A stretch of DNA of 64,000 nucleotides from Citrobacter sp. Cu233 (GCF_030332225.1 NZ_JAOWIF010000021.1:1-64000), one strand, 5' to 3'; shown: positions 48,450-60,445, counted from the first letter of the stretch. Made by a program: numbers and translations. The notes: generated from the letters alone by a model not told the origin.

Positions 48450-50870
48450 TTACTCGCCCTGCGTTGCGCTTTCGATGGTCAGACGCACATCGGATGTGAC
48501 CAGCTCGGCCAGCATCTGATAGATCTTCATCGTTTCTTCCGGTTCGGCATCACCGGTATCGCTGATGTAGCCCTCGTCACGCAGCGTCAGCACCAGAGAG
48601 CTGAACACGGCTTTATCGAAGAACTCAGGCGCGTTGATACCGTGCAGTACGGAAAGACGTTGCGCCACGGTACGGCTCTCTTTCTCCAGCGTACTGCGGT
48701 TGATGGACGGGTTTGCACTCAGCAGCCAGAAGGTAATGGCATAGCGCTGTAGTGTTTCACGCGCGCCCGCAGCCAACAGCTGAAGCGTGCGAGAGTGAAC
48801 CGGGTTGATATGCAGCTCATCGTTCTGCAGAGTTATCAGACCCTGACGCTGCATTTCGTTGGCCAGCTCGTCAATCACGCCGGCAAGCTCATCGCGCTCC
48901 CAACGCAGGAACAGCTCTGCTTTCAGCATCGGGTACAGCGCGTCAATATGCTGTTGTAATGCGGCGCGTGAAATCCGACGGTGCTGAGTTACAATCGCTG
49001 CCATCAACGAAGGCAGAACCAGCATGTGCGCAATGTTGTTGCGGTAGTAGGTCATCAGTACCGCCTGCTCACGCGGCAGAATGATGATGTCACCGATGGT
49101 GTCTTTCTCAACCTCAAACTTGTTCATCTGCAAGGCGTGGTCGATCAGTTCACTGGCGCTTTGTGTGGGAACTGTCGAATCCGCAGCATACGGTACATTG
49201 CGTAGCAGGCTCAGGTAGCAATCGAGCTGTTCGGTTAGCTGCTCGCGAGTCAGAGAACGCTGACGGGAAGCCAGTAACGCGGTACAGCACAGGTTCATGG
49301 CGTTTGCTGCGCCCGCGTTGTTAATGCGTACCATCAGATCGGCAGCAATGTTATTCACTGTCGGCGTCAGCCAGGCCGGGCGAATAGACTCGATAGGATC
49401 GATAGATTCGCGCCACTCCGGCACATGCTGATTCAGGTAGGTCATCAATGGCATCGGTTCGCCAAAGTTAACGTAGCCCTGACCCAGATTACGTAGCTTG
49501 CTCAAACCGCGTAGCATTTGCGGCAGACTCTCTTTCTCTTTAGTCGCGCCACGCAGCTCTTTTGCGTAAGTCCCCACTTCCATCACGTGCTCGTAGCCGA
49601 TGTAGATAGGCACCAGTGTAATGGGACGCGTACCGCCGCGCAGCATCGCCTGGATGGTCATCGACAGCGTGCCGGTTTTCGGGTCAAGCAGACGGCCGGT
49701 ACGTGAGCGGCCACCTTCGACAAAGTATTCAACCGAGTAACCACGGCTGAACAACTCGCCCAGGTATTCGCGGAATACGGTGGAATAGAGCTTATTGCCT
49801 TTAAACGTACGACGAATAAAGAATGCGCCCAGACGGCGGAAAATCGGACCAGCCGGCCAGAAGTTCAGGTTGATCCCTGCAGCGATGTGCGGTGGAACCA
49901 GCCCCTGATGGTACAGAACATACGACAGCAGCATGTAGTCCATATGGCTGCGGTGGCACGGCACATAGACGATTTCATGCCCGTCGTGCGCCAGTTGGCG
50001 TACGCGCTCGGCATTGTGAACGTTAATTCCCTGGTACAGTCGGTTCCAGGTAAAGCCCAGGATACGGTCTGTCAGGCGGATCATCTCATAGGAGAAATTC
50101 GCGGCAATCTCTTCCATCAATGCGATAGCGTTTTGCTGCGCTTTTTCATGGGAGATTTTTTTGCTGCGAGCTTCATCTTCCACCGCGCGCGCGATGGCTT
50201 TTGAGGCCAGCAGTTTATTAAACAGATCCTGGCGGGCAGGGAGGCGAGGGCCAACCGCGGCTAAGCGCTGGCGGGCAAAGTGCATACGCGCGACGCGTGC
50301 CAGTTTCTGTGCGATGGTTTTATCTGTGCCGTGTTCGTCTGCCATGCGGCGCAGGGAGACGGAAGGTGAGAAGCGGACAAAACTGTCGCGTCCCAGCCAG
50401 GAGACGGCAAAGAATTTCTGTACGCCATTCAGCATGCGAAGTGGCGGATTGACCTCGCCTTTCTCGCGCCCTGGGGCACGGCCAAACATCACCGATACCG
50501 GCACCATCTGCACATCCAAATCGGGGTTGCTGCGATGCAGATCGAGATAGTTATGGAACAGCTTGATGGACTCTTCTTTTGGCGTGTAATAGGTGAATAC
50601 ACGCGGGCCGCCGTGTATAAACACGTAGCGCGGCAGCAAAGTCCCGTCTATCTCCAGCGGTTCCAGGGGATCGGGGAGGTCGTGCACCAGACATTGGGCA
50701 CGCAGTGTCAGCAAGTCAGCTTTTGAGTTGTACGGTAAGACGTACATAATGGGACGAGAGGTATCGAGTCCCAATTCCGGGGCGGGTTCCGCCGGGATAG
50801 ACTTGCTTTTTACCAGGATGCTTAATGGTAAATTCAGTAATTTGTAGTAAATTCGTGGCCAGCCGGACAT
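48450..50870 (-). CDS. plsB: Glycerol-3-phosphate acyltransferase
   Basis: 806 aa [23 protein letters not shown]... Confidence 0.95.
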   Translation of the reverse strand: MSGWPRIYYKLLNLPLSILVKSKSIPAEPAPELGLDTSRPIMYVLPYNSKADLLTLRAQCLVHDLPDPLEPLEIDGTLLPRYVFIHGGPRVFTYYTPKEESIKLFHNYLDLHRSNPDLDVQMVPVSVMFGRAPGREKGEVNPPLRMLNGVQKFFAVSWLGRDSFVRFSPSVSLRRMADEHGTDKTIAQKLARVARMHFARQRLAAVGPRLPARQDLFNKLLASKAIARAVEDEARSKKISHEKAQQNAIALMEEIAANFSYEMIRLTDRILGFTWNRLYQGINVHNAERVRQLAHDGHEIVYVPCHRSHMDYMLLSYVLYHQGLVPPHIAAGINLNFWPAGPIFRRLGAFFIRRTFKGNKLYSTVFREYLGELFSRGYSVEYFVEGGRSRTGRLLDPKTGTLSMTIQAMLRGGTRPITLVPIYIGYEHVMEVGTYAKELRGATKEKESLPQMLRGLSKLRNLGQGYVNFGEPMPLMTYLNQHVPEWRESIDPIESIRPAWLTPTVNNIAADLMVRINNAGAANAMNLCCTALLASRQRSLTREQLTEQLDCYLSLLRNVPYAADSTVPTQSASELIDHALQMNKFEVEKDTIGDIIILPREQAVLMTYYRNNIAHMLVLPSLMAAIVTQHRRISRAALQQHIDALYPMLKAELFLRWERDELAGVIDELANEMQRQGLITLQNDELHINPVHSRTLQLLAAGARETLQRYAITFWLLSANPSINRSTLEKESRTVAQRLSVLHGINAPEFFDKAVFSSLVLTLRDEGYISDTGDAEPEETMKIYQMLAELVTSDVRLTIESATQGE

Positions 50871-51038
50871 AAACGATGTAAAGCCTCTGGTTAATAATGC
50901 AAATGCGCTGCAAGGATATCAGAAAGTTTAGTGAATTTCTGTGGTATCCCGTCATACTTCGCGCAGCTTTGCTTATGCCCTGAAACAAACAGGGTAACGA
51001 TACAATGATACTAACGCTAATAATGTAAAAAGGTTCTT

Positions 51039-51410
51039 TTGATGGCCAATAATACCACTGGATTCACTCGGATTATCAAAGCAGCAGGCTATTCCTGGAA
51101 AGGTTTCCGCGCCGCATGGATCAATGAGGCGGCATTCCGTCAGGAAAGCGTTGCCGTACTGTTGGGGGTAGCAATTGCCTGCTGGCTGGACGTTGACGCG
51201 ATTACCCGCGTACTGCTGATTGGTTCGGTGATGCTGGTGATGATCGTTGAAATTCTGAACAGCGCCATTGAGGCGGTCGTCGACCGGATTGGTTCTGAGT
51301 ATCATGAGCTTTCTGGCCGGGCGAAAGATATGGGATCGGCTGCGGTATTGCTTTCTATTTTTGTCGCTCTGATCACCTGGGGCATCCTGTTGTGGTCGCA
51401 TTTGCGATAA
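51039..51410 (+). CDS. dgkA: Diacylglycerol kinase
   Basis: 123 aa MANNTTGFTRIIKAAGYSWKG... Confidence 0.9.
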   Translation: MMANNTTGFTRIIKAAGYSWKGFRAAWINEAAFRQESVAVLLGVAIACWLDVDAITRVLLIGSVMLVMIVEILNSAIEAVVDRIGSEYHELSGRAKDMGSAAVLLSIFVALITWGILLWSHLR

Positions 51411-51474
51411 AGATTCCACAACTTCATAAATCTCCTGTTTTTTGTGCAGTTTGCGGTTCCAAATTCGCCTTTAG

Positions 51475-51511
51475 CTGTATATACTCACAGCATAACTGTA
51501 TATACACCCAG
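51475..51511 (+). promoter_or_regulatory. Two tandem LexA (SOS) boxes CTGTATATACTCACAG and CTGTATATACACCCAG
   Basis: Both fit CTGT-N8-ACAG; located just upstream of lexA as in K-12. Confidence 0.8.
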
Positions 51512-51519
51512 GGGGCGGA

Positions 51520-52128
51520 ATGAAAGCGTTAACGGCCAGGCAGCAAGAGGTGTTTGATCTCATTAGAGATCACATCAGCCAGACAGGTATGCCACCGACG
51601 CGTGCGGAGATCGCGCAGCGTTTGGGGTTCCGTTCCCCAAACGCGGCTGAAGAACACCTGAAAGCGCTGGCACGTAAAGGTGTGCTGGAAATCGTTTCTG
51701 GCGCATCGCGTGGTATTCGCCTGCTGCAGGAAGAAGAGGAAGGTTTACCGCTTGTTGGTCGTGTCGCGGCCGGTGAGCCACTTCTGGCACAGCAGCACAT
51801 TGAAGGTCATTACCAGGTTGACCCATCACTGTTCAAACCGAACGCCGATTTTCTGCTGCGCGTCAGCGGCATGTCGATGAAAGATATCGGGATTATGGAT
51901 GGCGATTTACTGGCTGTGCATAAAACGCAGGACGTGCGCAATGGCCAGGTTGTTGTTGCCCGTATTGATGATGAAGTCACGGTTAAGCGCCTGAAAAAGC
52001 AGGGCAATAAGGTTGAACTTCTGCCAGAAAACAGCGAGTTCAAACCGATCATCGTTGACCTGCGTGAGCAAAGCTTCACTATTGAAGGGTTGGCTGTCGG
52101 CGTGATTCGTAACGGTGAATGGCTGTAA
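51520..52128 (+). CDS. lexA: SOS repressor LexA
   Basis: 202 aa [33 protein letters not shown]... Confidence 0.95.
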   Translation: MKALTARQQEVFDLIRDHISQTGMPPTRAEIAQRLGFRSPNAAEEHLKALARKGVLEIVSGASRGIRLLQEEEEGLPLVGRVAAGEPLLAQQHIEGHYQVDPSLFKPNADFLLRVSGMSMKDIGIMDGDLLAVHKTQDVRNGQVVVARIDDEVTVKRLKKQGNKVELLPENSEFKPIIVDLREQSFTIEGLAVGVIRNGEWL

Positions 52129-52139
52129 TGATCTGCTGA

Positions 52140-52222
52140 TTTCCTGTAGGCCGGAAAAGGCGTTTATATCGCTTTCCGGCAAGTTGCCCGATGACGTTAC
52201 GCTTGTCGGGCCTACAAAAACG
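52140..52222. repeat. REP elements between lexA and dinF
   Basis: ctgtaggccgga...cgctttccggca...cttgtcgggcctacaaaaacg. Confidence 0.5.
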
Positions 52223-52249
52223 CGTTAATTCCTTTTCAGGCTCCTTTCC

Positions 52250-53569
52250 ATGCCTTTCTTTACCTCCTCTGATAAAGCACTTTGGCACCTTGCCTTACCG
52301 ATGATTTTCTCCAACATCACTGTTCCACTGCTGGGGCTGGTGGATACGGCGGTGATTGGTCATCTGGATAGCCCGGTCTACCTTGGTGGCGTTGCCGTTG
52401 GCGCAACAGCGACCAGTTTTCTCTTTATGTTACTGCTGTTTTTACGCATGAGTACCACCGGTCTGACAGCTCAGGCGTTCGGCGCGAAAAATCCGCAGGC
52501 ACTGGCACGAGCGCTGGTTCAGCCGCTGATGCTGGCGTTGGGTGCCGGATTGCTTATCGCACTGTTTCGTACACCGGTTATCAGCCTGGCGTTGCATATC
52601 GTGGGAGGTAGTGAAGCGGTGCTGGAGCAGGCCAGACGTTTCCTTGAAATCCGTTGGCTCAGCGCGCCCGCCTCACTGGCCAATCTGGTGCTGCTTGGCT
52701 GGCTGCTTGGCGTCCAGTATGCACGCGCGCCAGTGATCCTGCTGATTGTTGGCAATGTGCTTAACATCGCGCTCGATTTGTGGCTGGTGATGGGCCTGCA
52801 TATGAACGTGCAGGGCGCGGCGTTGGCGACGGTGATTGCTGAATATGTCACGTTACTGATCGGCCTGATGATGGTACGCAACGTTCTGCATTTGCGTGGG
52901 GTTTCGCTGGCGATGTTGAAGCTTGCGTGGCGCGGCAACTTCCGTCGTTTACTGGCGCTTAACCGTGACATTATGCTGCGTTCGCTGCTGTTACAACTCT
53001 GCTTTGGTGCTATCACGGTACTCGGGGCTCGCCTCGGTAGCGATGTCATTGCTGTCAATGCCGTTCTGATGACCCTGCTGACGTTCACCGCTTACGCGCT
53101 GGACGGATTTGCCTATGCCGTGGAAGCACATTCTGGTCAGGCTTATGGCGCGCGGGATGGCAGCCAACTGCTGGATGTCTGGCGGGCGGCTTGCCGGCAG
53201 TCGGGTATCGTGGCGATCCTGTTTTCCCTGGTCTATGCCCTGTTCGGCGAGCAGATCATTGCGCTATTGACCTCATTGCCGCAGATCCAACTGCTGGCCG
53301 ATCGCTATCTCATCTGGCAGGTGATTTTACCGCTGGTAGGCGTCTGGTGTTATCTGCTGGACGGGATGTTTATTGGCGCAACGCGTGCTGCGGAAATGCG
53401 TAACAGCATGGCCGTTGCGGCCGCGGGTTTCGCGTTAACGCTACTGGCTTTACCGCTGCTGGGAAACCACGGCTTGTGGCTGGCGTTAACCGTTTTTCTC
53501 GCGCTGCGCGGGCTTTCACTGGCCTTCATCTGGCGACGTCACTGGCGTAAGGGTACCTGGTTTGCCTGA
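52250..53569 (+). CDS. dinF: MATE-family efflux protein DinF
   Basis: 439 aa MPFFTSSDKALWHLALPMIFSN... Confidence 0.9.
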   Translation: MPFFTSSDKALWHLALPMIFSNITVPLLGLVDTAVIGHLDSPVYLGGVAVGATATSFLFMLLLFLRMSTTGLTAQAFGAKNPQALARALVQPLMLALGAGLLIALFRTPVISLALHIVGGSEAVLEQARRFLEIRWLSAPASLANLVLLGWLLGVQYARAPVILLIVGNVLNIALDLWLVMGLHMNVQGAALATVIAEYVTLLIGLMMVRNVLHLRGVSLAMLKLAWRGNFRRLLALNRDIMLRSLLLQLCFGAITVLGARLGSDVIAVNAVLMTLLTFTAYALDGFAYAVEAHSGQAYGARDGSQLLDVWRAACRQSGIVAILFSLVYALFGEQIIALLTSLPQIQLLADRYLIWQVILPLVGVWCYLLDGMFIGATRAAEMRNSMAVAAAGFALTLLALPLLGNHGLWLALTVFLALRGLSLAFIWRRHWRKGTWFA

Positions 53570-53705
53570 TGCCTATGGTTAAAAATTCTGAATAGTAAAT
53601 AAAACCCAGAATCCCTGACTACACTTATTATCACGCCCGGCAAAAACAGCATGTATCCGGGCGCAGCACTCTCGCTATTCACAACCTAACGATGAGGACT
53701 TGATG

Positions 53706-53915
53706 ATGAATAAAGACGAAGTCAGCGGTAACTGGAAACAGTTCAAAGGTAAAGTGAAAGAGCAATGGGGCAAACTGACCGATGATGATATGACGGTCAT
53801 TGAAGGTAAACGCGACCAGTTGGTAGGTAAAGTCCAGGAACGATACGGGTACGCGAAAGATCAGGCGGAGAAAGAAGTTAAAGATTGGGAAAAACGCAAC
53901 GATTACCGCTGGTAA
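53706..53915 (+). CDS. yjbJ: CsbD-family stress protein YjbJ
   Basis: 69 aa MNKDEVSGNWKQFKGKVKEQWGKLTDDDM... Confidence 0.8.
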   Translation: MNKDEVSGNWKQFKGKVKEQWGKLTDDDMTVIEGKRDQLVGKVQERYGYAKDQAEKEVKDWEKRNDYRW

Positions 53916-53959
53916 TTCACCCCTCCCTCCTGAGAGTACAAGGATGTACGCTCTTTTAT

Positions 53960-54478
53960 TTACCGCCCGACTTTCTTCTTCACCTGAATGGTATGGTCAT
54001 GCTGGCAATCGCCAGGATGGCGGCATGATTCAACTTCCACACATGCCGGACACAGGCCGTGGGCTTCGATCACGTTATGGCGCAGAGCAAATCCCATTTT
54101 AGCTGCCAGCGTATGCATAATATCTTCCACGCCTTCCGCACACTCTTCTTTTACCACACCACAGCGGTCACAAATAAACATTGCCGAGCTATGGGTTGGC
54201 TGATCGAACAGATGACAGAGCACATAGCTGTTGGTGGACTCTACTTTGTGCACAAAACCTTGTTCAAGCAGAAAATCAAGCGCACGATACACTGTCGGGG
54301 GTTTGGCCTGCGGCTCGGTTTCCCGCAGCAGATCAAGCAGATCATAGGCGCTGATCGCACCTTCCTGCAGGCTCATCAGGCGCAGCACTTCGAGGCGTTG
54401 TGGCGTTAGTCGCACGTTACGTTGCACACAGAGTTTTTCAGCTTGAGCCAATAACTCCTGCGTGGTGGTTTTGTCCAT
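53960..54478 (-). CDS. zur: Zinc uptake regulator Zur
   Basis: 172 aa; Fur-family with CxxC pairs. Confidence 0.9.
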   Translation of the reverse strand: MDKTTTQELLAQAEKLCVQRNVRLTPQRLEVLRLMSLQEGAISAYDLLDLLRETEPQAKPPTVYRALDFLLEQGFVHKVESTNSYVLCHLFDQPTHSSAMFICDRCGVVKEECAEGVEDIMHTLAAKMGFALRHNVIEAHGLCPACVEVESCRHPGDCQHDHTIQVKKKVGR

Positions 54479-54593
54479 TTGGCGCCTCGATTTGTGTGGA
54501 AGGTTAATCCCTTACTTTATCATGTTCTGCTTAAAACGCCGAGATCCACCGCTGTGTGCTATACCTGACGCATCGCAACACTGGAAAATTACC

Positions 54594-55082
54594 ATGAAAA
54601 AACCCGATTGTATTCGCCACTGGCGTGAAGTTGAGGGGGCTGATGACTCCACCTATCCAGGCAGCGATGAGCTTTTTTCTATTGGCGCGCCGCTGGCCCG
54701 CAGGTTGGGGTTAGGGCGATTAGGCATTCATCACGAACGTCTGCCGCCGGGGCGTCGTACTTCTTATCCACACGCTGAAAGTGATGAAGAAGAGTTTATC
54801 TACGTGCTGGAAGGCTACCCGGAAGCCTGGATAAATGGTTACTTATGGAAGCTGGAACCCGGCGATAGCGTCGGTTTTCCGGCAGGAACCGGTGTGTGCC
54901 ACACTTTTATCAACAACACCAGTGATGAGGTGCGGCTGCTGGTCGTCGGTGAAGCGAACAAGAAGCATAACCGCATCTACTATCCGCTCAATCCGGTGTA
55001 TGCGGCCACGCGCGAAGATCGCTGGGTTGACCATCCGCCACAGTTTTTTGGTCCACACGACGGAAAACCCGGACGGAAATGA
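54594..55082 (+). CDS. Cupin-domain protein (strain-variable locus between zur and dusA)
   Basis: 162 aa from MKKPDCIRHWREVEG...; cupin barrel motifs (GRRTSYPHAESDEEEFIYVLEG; PAGTGVCHTF). Confidence 0.55.
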   Translation: MKKPDCIRHWREVEGADDSTYPGSDELFSIGAPLARRLGLGRLGIHHERLPPGRRTSYPHAESDEEEFIYVLEGYPEAWINGYLWKLEPGDSVGFPAGTGVCHTFINNTSDEVRLLVVGEANKKHNRIYYPLNPVYAATREDRWVDHPPQFFGPHDGKPGRK

Positions 55083-55188
55083 CGATCTACGCGGACGAAG
55101 AGCGCTATCCACGATGATGTGGCTCACTATCGCAACGGTCTATGCTATAGTAGCGCCCCTTTTTTAACCGGATGCTTGAATATTCGCC

Positions 55189-56187
55189 ATGCTGCCTGAA
55201 TCTCAGTCTACCGCTTTTCCCGCTCATCGTTTTTCTATCGCGCCGATGCTTGACTGGACGGACAGACACTGCCGTTACTTTTTGCGCCTGCTGTCCCGCC
55301 AGACGTTGCTCTATACGGAGATGGTGACCACCGGGGCAATCATTCATGGCAAAGGCGACTATCTGGCGTATAGCGACGAAGAGCATCCGATAGCCTTACA
55401 GCTGGGCGGAAGCGACCCGGCGGCACTGGCCCAGTGCGCAAAGCTGGCTGAGGCACGAGGCTATGACGAGATTAACCTCAACGTCGGCTGCCCTTCCGAT
55501 CGCGTACAAAACGGGATGTTTGGCGCTTGCCTGATGGGGAATGCGCAACTGGTCGCCGATTGTGTGAAAGCGATGCGTGATGTGGTGTCGATTCCGGTGA
55601 CGGTTAAAACGCGTATCGGTATCGATGATCAGGACAGCTACGAATTCCTGTGTGACTTCATCAATACGGTTTCCGGTAAAGGTGAATGTGAGATGTTTAT
55701 CATCCACGCCCGCAAGGCCTGGCTGTCCGGGCTAAGCCCGAAAGAGAACCGTGAGATCCCGCCGCTGGATTATGACCGTGTTTATCAGTTGAAGCGTGAT
55801 TTTCCGCACCTGACGATGTCGATAAACGGTGGAATTAAATCATTGGAAGAAGCAAAGACGCATCTGCAATATATGGACGGCGTAATGGTGGGCCGGGAAG
55901 CCTATCAAAACCCGGGTATTCTGGCATCGGTCGACCGTGAAATTTTTGCTGCGACCACTCCGGATGCTGACCCTGTCGCCGTGGTGCGTGCCATGTACCC
56001 GTATATTGAGCGTGAACTGAGCCAGGGGACCTATCTGGGGCATATTACCCGCCATATGCTGGGGTTGTTCCAGGGCATTCCAGGCGCACGCCAATGGCGT
56101 CGTTATCTGAGCGAAAATGCGCATAAAGCCGGGGCCGATATTAACGTTCTGGAACATGCGCTGAAACTGGTAGCGGATAAGCGTTAA
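55189..56187 (+). CDS. dusA: tRNA-dihydrouridine synthase A
   Basis: 332 aa; [19 protein letters not shown]...; Dus family. Confidence 0.9.
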   Translation: MLPESQSTAFPAHRFSIAPMLDWTDRHCRYFLRLLSRQTLLYTEMVTTGAIIHGKGDYLAYSDEEHPIALQLGGSDPAALAQCAKLAEARGYDEINLNVGCPSDRVQNGMFGACLMGNAQLVADCVKAMRDVVSIPVTVKTRIGIDDQDSYEFLCDFINTVSGKGECEMFIIHARKAWLSGLSPKENREIPPLDYDRVYQLKRDFPHLTMSINGGIKSLEEAKTHLQYMDGVMVGREAYQNPGILASVDREIFAATTPDADPVAVVRAMYPYIERELSQGTYLGHITRHMLGLFQGIPGARQWRRYLSENAHKAGADINVLEHALKLVADKR

Positions 56188-56269
56188 GTTCTCACCAAAA
56201 GTTAGTCAATTTCACCACGCCCTGCGTTTTGTCGCGGGGCATTTTCTTTATAAATCAAAGTATTAATTT

Positions 56270-56285
56270 TGGCATGTTTCTTGTA
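56270..56285 (+). promoter_or_regulatory. Possible sigma-54 promoter of pspG (TGGCATGTTTCTTGTA)
   Basis: GG at -24 with correct 12-nt spacing, but GT instead of GC at -12; pspG is a known PspF/sigma-54 target. Confidence 0.35.
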
Positions 56286-56320
56286 ATGCAATGGAGAGAA
56301 TTTCATTTCGGGAGAGTATC

Positions 56321-56563
56321 ATGCTGGAACTACTTTTTGTGATTGGCTTTTTTGTCATGCTGATGGTCACTGGCATATCACTGTTGGGCATCCTCGCCGC
56401 GCTGATGGTGGCGACGGCAGTGATGTTCCTCGGCGGGATGTTTGCGTTGATGATTAAACTGTTACCCTGGCTGTTACTGGCTGTCGCCGTCGTGTGGGCG
56501 ATCAAGGCGATAAAAGCGCCAAAAGTCCCACAGTATCAGCGCAATAACCGTCGGTTTTACTAA
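56321..56563 (+). CDS. pspG: Phage shock protein G
   Basis: 80 aa MLELLFVIGFFVMLMVTGISLLG... Confidence 0.75.
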   Translation: MLELLFVIGFFVMLMVTGISLLGILAALMVATAVMFLGGMFALMIKLLPWLLLAVAVVWAIKAIKAPKVPQYQRNNRRFY

Positions 56564-56833
56564 GGTATTGAGCGGTGCGTCACAACCTGAAACATTGCCT
56601 TTAGAACCAAATAGGAATTGATAATCAAATCTGTCACTATTGCGCGGTTAACGAATTCATCGAGCTGTACCCTACATACAGCCGAACTAAAAAAAGAAAG
56701 GGCTTCCTGCGGGAAGCCCTAATTCTTTCCCCATCATAATTCAAACTTCAGGTGTGTTGGCTGCTTTCATTCACCCCAGTCACTGACTCCAGTAAGCGCC
56801 TGGGGATTGAATTATTTAGGGGACATGATGGCG

Positions 56834-57817
56834 TTACGGTATCAGCAAACTCGACCCCTGCGTGGCGCGGCTTTCCAGCACTTCATGGGCACGCCGCGCG
56901 TCGTGCAGCGCGAATGTCTGACCAGGCGCGACATCCACTTTAATCACCCCGCTGGCAATCAATGAGAAAAGCTCATTGCTGGCTTCAGTTAATTCATGGC
57001 GGTTGGTGATGTAACCCTGCAGAGAAGGGCGCGTTACATACAGTGAGCCTTTCTGATTCAGAATACCTAAGTTAACGCCGGTTACCGGCCCGGAGGCGTT
57101 GCCAAAGCTGACCATCAATCCCCGGCGTTGCAGGCAATCCAGTGAGGCTTCCCAGGTATCTTTTCCCACCGAGTCGTATACCACCCGCACTTTTTTACCA
57201 CCGGTGATCTCCTTAACCCGTTCGACGATACTTTCTTCACGGTAGTTAATCACTTGCCATGCCCCGGCCTGCTGCGCTATTTGCGCCTTCTGCGCATTGC
57301 CGACAGTACCAATCAGCTTCGCTCCCAGCGCTTTTGCCCACTGGCAGGCAATCAGCCCGACGCCGCCCGCTGCAGCATGGAACAAGAAGGGCTCATTGGG
57401 CTGGATTTCGTAGGTTTTACGTAACAGATAAAAAACGGTTAACCCTTTCAGAAATGAGGCTGCTGCCTGCTCAAAAGAGATGGCATTAGGCAGAATGGCG
57501 GCTTTATCGGCTGGCACGTTGTGCACAGAACTGTACGCGCCAAGTGTTGACTGGGCATAAACCACACGATCGCCAACGTTAATGTGCGTCACTTTGCTGC
57601 CGACTTTACTGACCACGCCTGCTGCTTCTGTGCCCAGACCACTGGGTAACGAGGGGGGCGGATAAAGTCCACTGCGGATGTAGGTGTCGATGTAGTTGAT
57701 GCCAATCGCTTTGTTCTCGACCTGGATTTCATGTTCCGCCGGGTCAACGGGCGTAAACTCCACAGCCTTCAGTACATCAGGGCCGCCGTGCTTGTGAAAT
57801 TCAATACGTGTTGCCAT
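56834..57817 (-). CDS. qorA: NADPH:quinone oxidoreductase
   Basis: 327 aa from MATRIEFHKHGGPDVLK...; MDR family. Confidence 0.9.
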   Translation of the reverse strand: MATRIEFHKHGGPDVLKAVEFTPVDPAEHEIQVENKAIGINYIDTYIRSGLYPPPSLPSGLGTEAAGVVSKVGSKVTHINVGDRVVYAQSTLGAYSSVHNVPADKAAILPNAISFEQAAASFLKGLTVFYLLRKTYEIQPNEPFLFHAAAGGVGLIACQWAKALGAKLIGTVGNAQKAQIAQQAGAWQVINYREESIVERVKEITGGKKVRVVYDSVGKDTWEASLDCLQRRGLMVSFGNASGPVTGVNLGILNQKGSLYVTRPSLQGYITNRHELTEASNELFSLIASGVIKVDVAPGQTFALHDARRAHEVLESRATQGSSLLIP

Positions 57818-57878
57818 GCTTCCTCCAGAAATGTGGTAATCTTTCGACCCAATCATTATCTCGGTAACTCCATTCACT

Positions 57879-59294
57879 ATGGCAGGAAATAAACCCTTCA
57901 ACAAACAACAGACTGATGCTCGTGAGCGCGATCTCCAGGTCGCCGGGCTGAAAGTACCGCCGCACTCGATTGAAGCGGAACAGTCGGTGTTGGGCGGTTT
58001 AATGCTGGATAACGAACGCTGGGACGATGTGGCCGAGCGCGTGGTTGCGGAGGATTTCTACACCCGCCCGCATCGGCATATTTTCACCGAAATGCATCGC
58101 CTGCAGGAGATGGGAAAACCTATCGACCTGATTACGCTGGCAGAGTCGCTGGAGGTTCAGGGACAGCTGGATAGCGTCGGCGGTTTTGCATACCTGGCTG
58201 AGTTATCTAAAAACACGCCAAGTGCGGCGAATATTAGCGCCTATGCTGATATCGTCCGCGAACGCGCCGTTGTTCGTGACATGATTTCGGTGGCCCATGA
58301 AATTGCGGAAGCCGGTTTCGATCCGCAAGGGCGCTCCAGTGAAGACCTGCTGGATCTCGCGGAATCCCGTGTCTTTAAAATCGCCGAAAGCCGCGCCAAT
58401 AAAGACGAAGGCCCGAAAAATATTACCGATGTACTCGACGCCACCGTCGCGCGTATTGAACAGTTGTTCCAGCAGCCGCACGACGGCGTCACCGGGGTGA
58501 ATACCGGCTATGACGACCTCAACAAAAAGACCGCGGGTCTACAGCCGTCGGACTTGATTATTGTCGCGGCACGTCCGTCGATGGGGAAAACGACATTTGC
58601 GATGAACCTCGTCGAAAATGCGGCGATGTTGCAGGATAAGCCGGTTCTTATCTTCAGTCTCGAAATGCCATCAGAACAGATCATGATGCGTTCTCTGGCC
58701 TCGCTTTCGCGCGTGGACCAGACCAAAATCCGTACGGGTCAACTGGATGATGAAGACTGGGCGCGGATTTCCGGAACAATGGGTATTTTGCTGGAGAAAC
58801 GAAACATCTATATTGATGATTCCTCCGGTCTGACGCCAACGGAAGTGCGATCGCGCGCACGCCGTATCGCCCGTGAACACGGCGGTATCGGACTGATCAT
58901 GATCGACTACCTGCAGTTGATGCGTGTACCGTCACTCTCCGATAACCGTACGCTGGAAATTGCAGAAATTTCCCGCTCGCTGAAAGCGTTAGCGAAAGAA
59001 CTGCATGTGCCGGTGGTGGCGCTGTCACAGCTTAACCGTTCTCTGGAACAACGTGCTGACAAGCGCCCGGTTAACTCAGATTTGCGTGAATCAGGCTCCA
59101 TCGAGCAGGATGCTGACTTAATCATGTTTATCTATCGTGATGAGGTTTATCACGAGAACAGCGACCTGAAAGGGATCGCTGAAATTATTATTGGTAAGCA
59201 ACGTAACGGTCCAATCGGTACGGTGCGTCTGACGTTTAATGGTCAATGGTCGCGCTTTGATAACTATGCGGGCCCTCAGTATGATGATGAGTAA
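57879..59294 (+). CDS. dnaB: Replicative DNA helicase
   Basis: 471 aa MAGNKPFNKQQTDARERDLQVAGLKVPPHSIEAEQ... Confidence 0.95.
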   Translation: MAGNKPFNKQQTDARERDLQVAGLKVPPHSIEAEQSVLGGLMLDNERWDDVAERVVAEDFYTRPHRHIFTEMHRLQEMGKPIDLITLAESLEVQGQLDSVGGFAYLAELSKNTPSAANISAYADIVRERAVVRDMISVAHEIAEAGFDPQGRSSEDLLDLAESRVFKIAESRANKDEGPKNITDVLDATVARIEQLFQQPHDGVTGVNTGYDDLNKKTAGLQPSDLIIVAARPSMGKTTFAMNLVENAAMLQDKPVLIFSLEMPSEQIMMRSLASLSRVDQTKIRTGQLDDEDWARISGTMGILLEKRNIYIDDSSGLTPTEVRSRARRIAREHGGIGLIMIDYLQLMRVPSLSDNRTLEIAEISRSLKALAKELHVPVVALSQLNRSLEQRADKRPVNSDLRESGSIEQDADLIMFIYRDEVYHENSDLKGIAEIIIGKQRNGPIGTVRLTFNGQWSRFDNYAGPQYDDE

Positions 59295-59310
59295 TTTCTA
59301 AGGAACACAA

Positions 59311-60390
59311 ATGCAAGCGGCAACTGTAGTCATTAACCGCCGCGCTCTGCGACACAACCTGCAACGTCTGCGTGAACTGGCACCCGCCAGTAAACTGGTT
59401 GCGGTCGTGAAAGCGAACGCTTACGGCCATGGTCTGTTAGAGACCGCGCGAACGCTCCCTGATGCGGACGCTTTTGGTGTCGCTCGTCTTGAAGAAGCCC
59501 TGCGGCTACGCGCGGGAGGGATCACGCAGCCCATCCTGCTGCTGGAGGGATTTTTTGATGCAGCCGATCTGCCGACGATATCCGCGCAGCGTCTGCATAC
59601 TGCCGTACATAACCAGGAGCAGCTCGATGCTCTGGAAGCGGCCGAGCTGGCTGAACCTGTCACGGTCTGGATGAAGCTCGATACGGGTATGCACCGCCTG
59701 GGTGTACGTCCGGAGCAGGCTGAGGCGTTTTATCAGCGCTTAACGCAATGTGAAAACGTGCGCCAGCCGGTCAATATCGTTAGCCACTTTGCCCGTGCCG
59801 ACGAACCTGAGTGTGGCGCGACCGAAAAGCAGCTCGATATCTTCAATAGCTTTTGCGAAGGTAAACCGGGGCAGCGATCAATTGCTGCATCAGGCGGTAT
59901 TTTGCTGTGGCCGCAGTCTCACTTCGACTGGGCGCGTCCGGGTCTGATTCTGTATGGTGTATCGCCGCTGGAAAATCACTCCATCGGAGAAGATTTTGGC
60001 TGCCAGCCCGTGATGTCACTGACATCGAGCCTGATTGCTGTGCGAGAGCATAAAGCAGGTGAGCCAGTGGGTTATGGTGGCACATGGCAGAGCGAACGCG
60101 ACACACGTCTCGGCGTGGTGGCGATGGGGTATGGCGATGGTTATCCACGCGCTGCGCCGTCGGGTACGCCGGTGCTGGTTAACGGCCGTGAAGTGCCGAT
60201 TGTCGGTCGTGTTGCGATGGATATGATCTGCGTGGATTTAGGCCCAGAGGCGCAGGATAAAGCGGGCGATCCCGTGATCCTGTGGGGCGATGGCCTGCCT
60301 GTGGAACGCATCGCAGAAATGACGAAAGTAAGTGCTTACGAACTTATCACTCGCCTGACATCAAGGGTTGCGATGAAATATATCGATTAA
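59311..60390 (+). CDS. alr: Alanine racemase (biosynthetic)
   Basis: 359 aa; PLP site [10 protein letters not shown]. Confidence 0.95.
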   Translation: MQAATVVINRRALRHNLQRLRELAPASKLVAVVKANAYGHGLLETARTLPDADAFGVARLEEALRLRAGGITQPILLLEGFFDAADLPTISAQRLHTAVHNQEQLDALEAAELAEPVTVWMKLDTGMHRLGVRPEQAEAFYQRLTQCENVRQPVNIVSHFARADEPECGATEKQLDIFNSFCEGKPGQRSIAASGGILLWPQSHFDWARPGLILYGVSPLENHSIGEDFGCQPVMSLTSSLIAVREHKAGEPVGYGGTWQSERDTRLGVVAMGYGDGYPRAAPSGTPVLVNGREVPIVGRVAMDMICVDLGPEAQDKAGDPVILWGDGLPVERIAEMTKVSAYELITRLTSRVAMKYID

Positions 60391-60394
60391 TTAC

Positions 60395-60445
60395 CTGATA
60401 TGCCGGATAAGGCTCTACCGCCGCCATCCGGCAATATTCTCACCA
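60395..60445. repeat. REP element after alr
   Basis: atgccggataaggctctaccgccgccatccggca. Confidence 0.5.

Noticed and set aside
56270-56290. pspG sigma-54 promoter as a strong call
   Set aside because: The -12 element reads GT rather than GC in the only correctly spaced alignment; kept only as a low-confidence feature.
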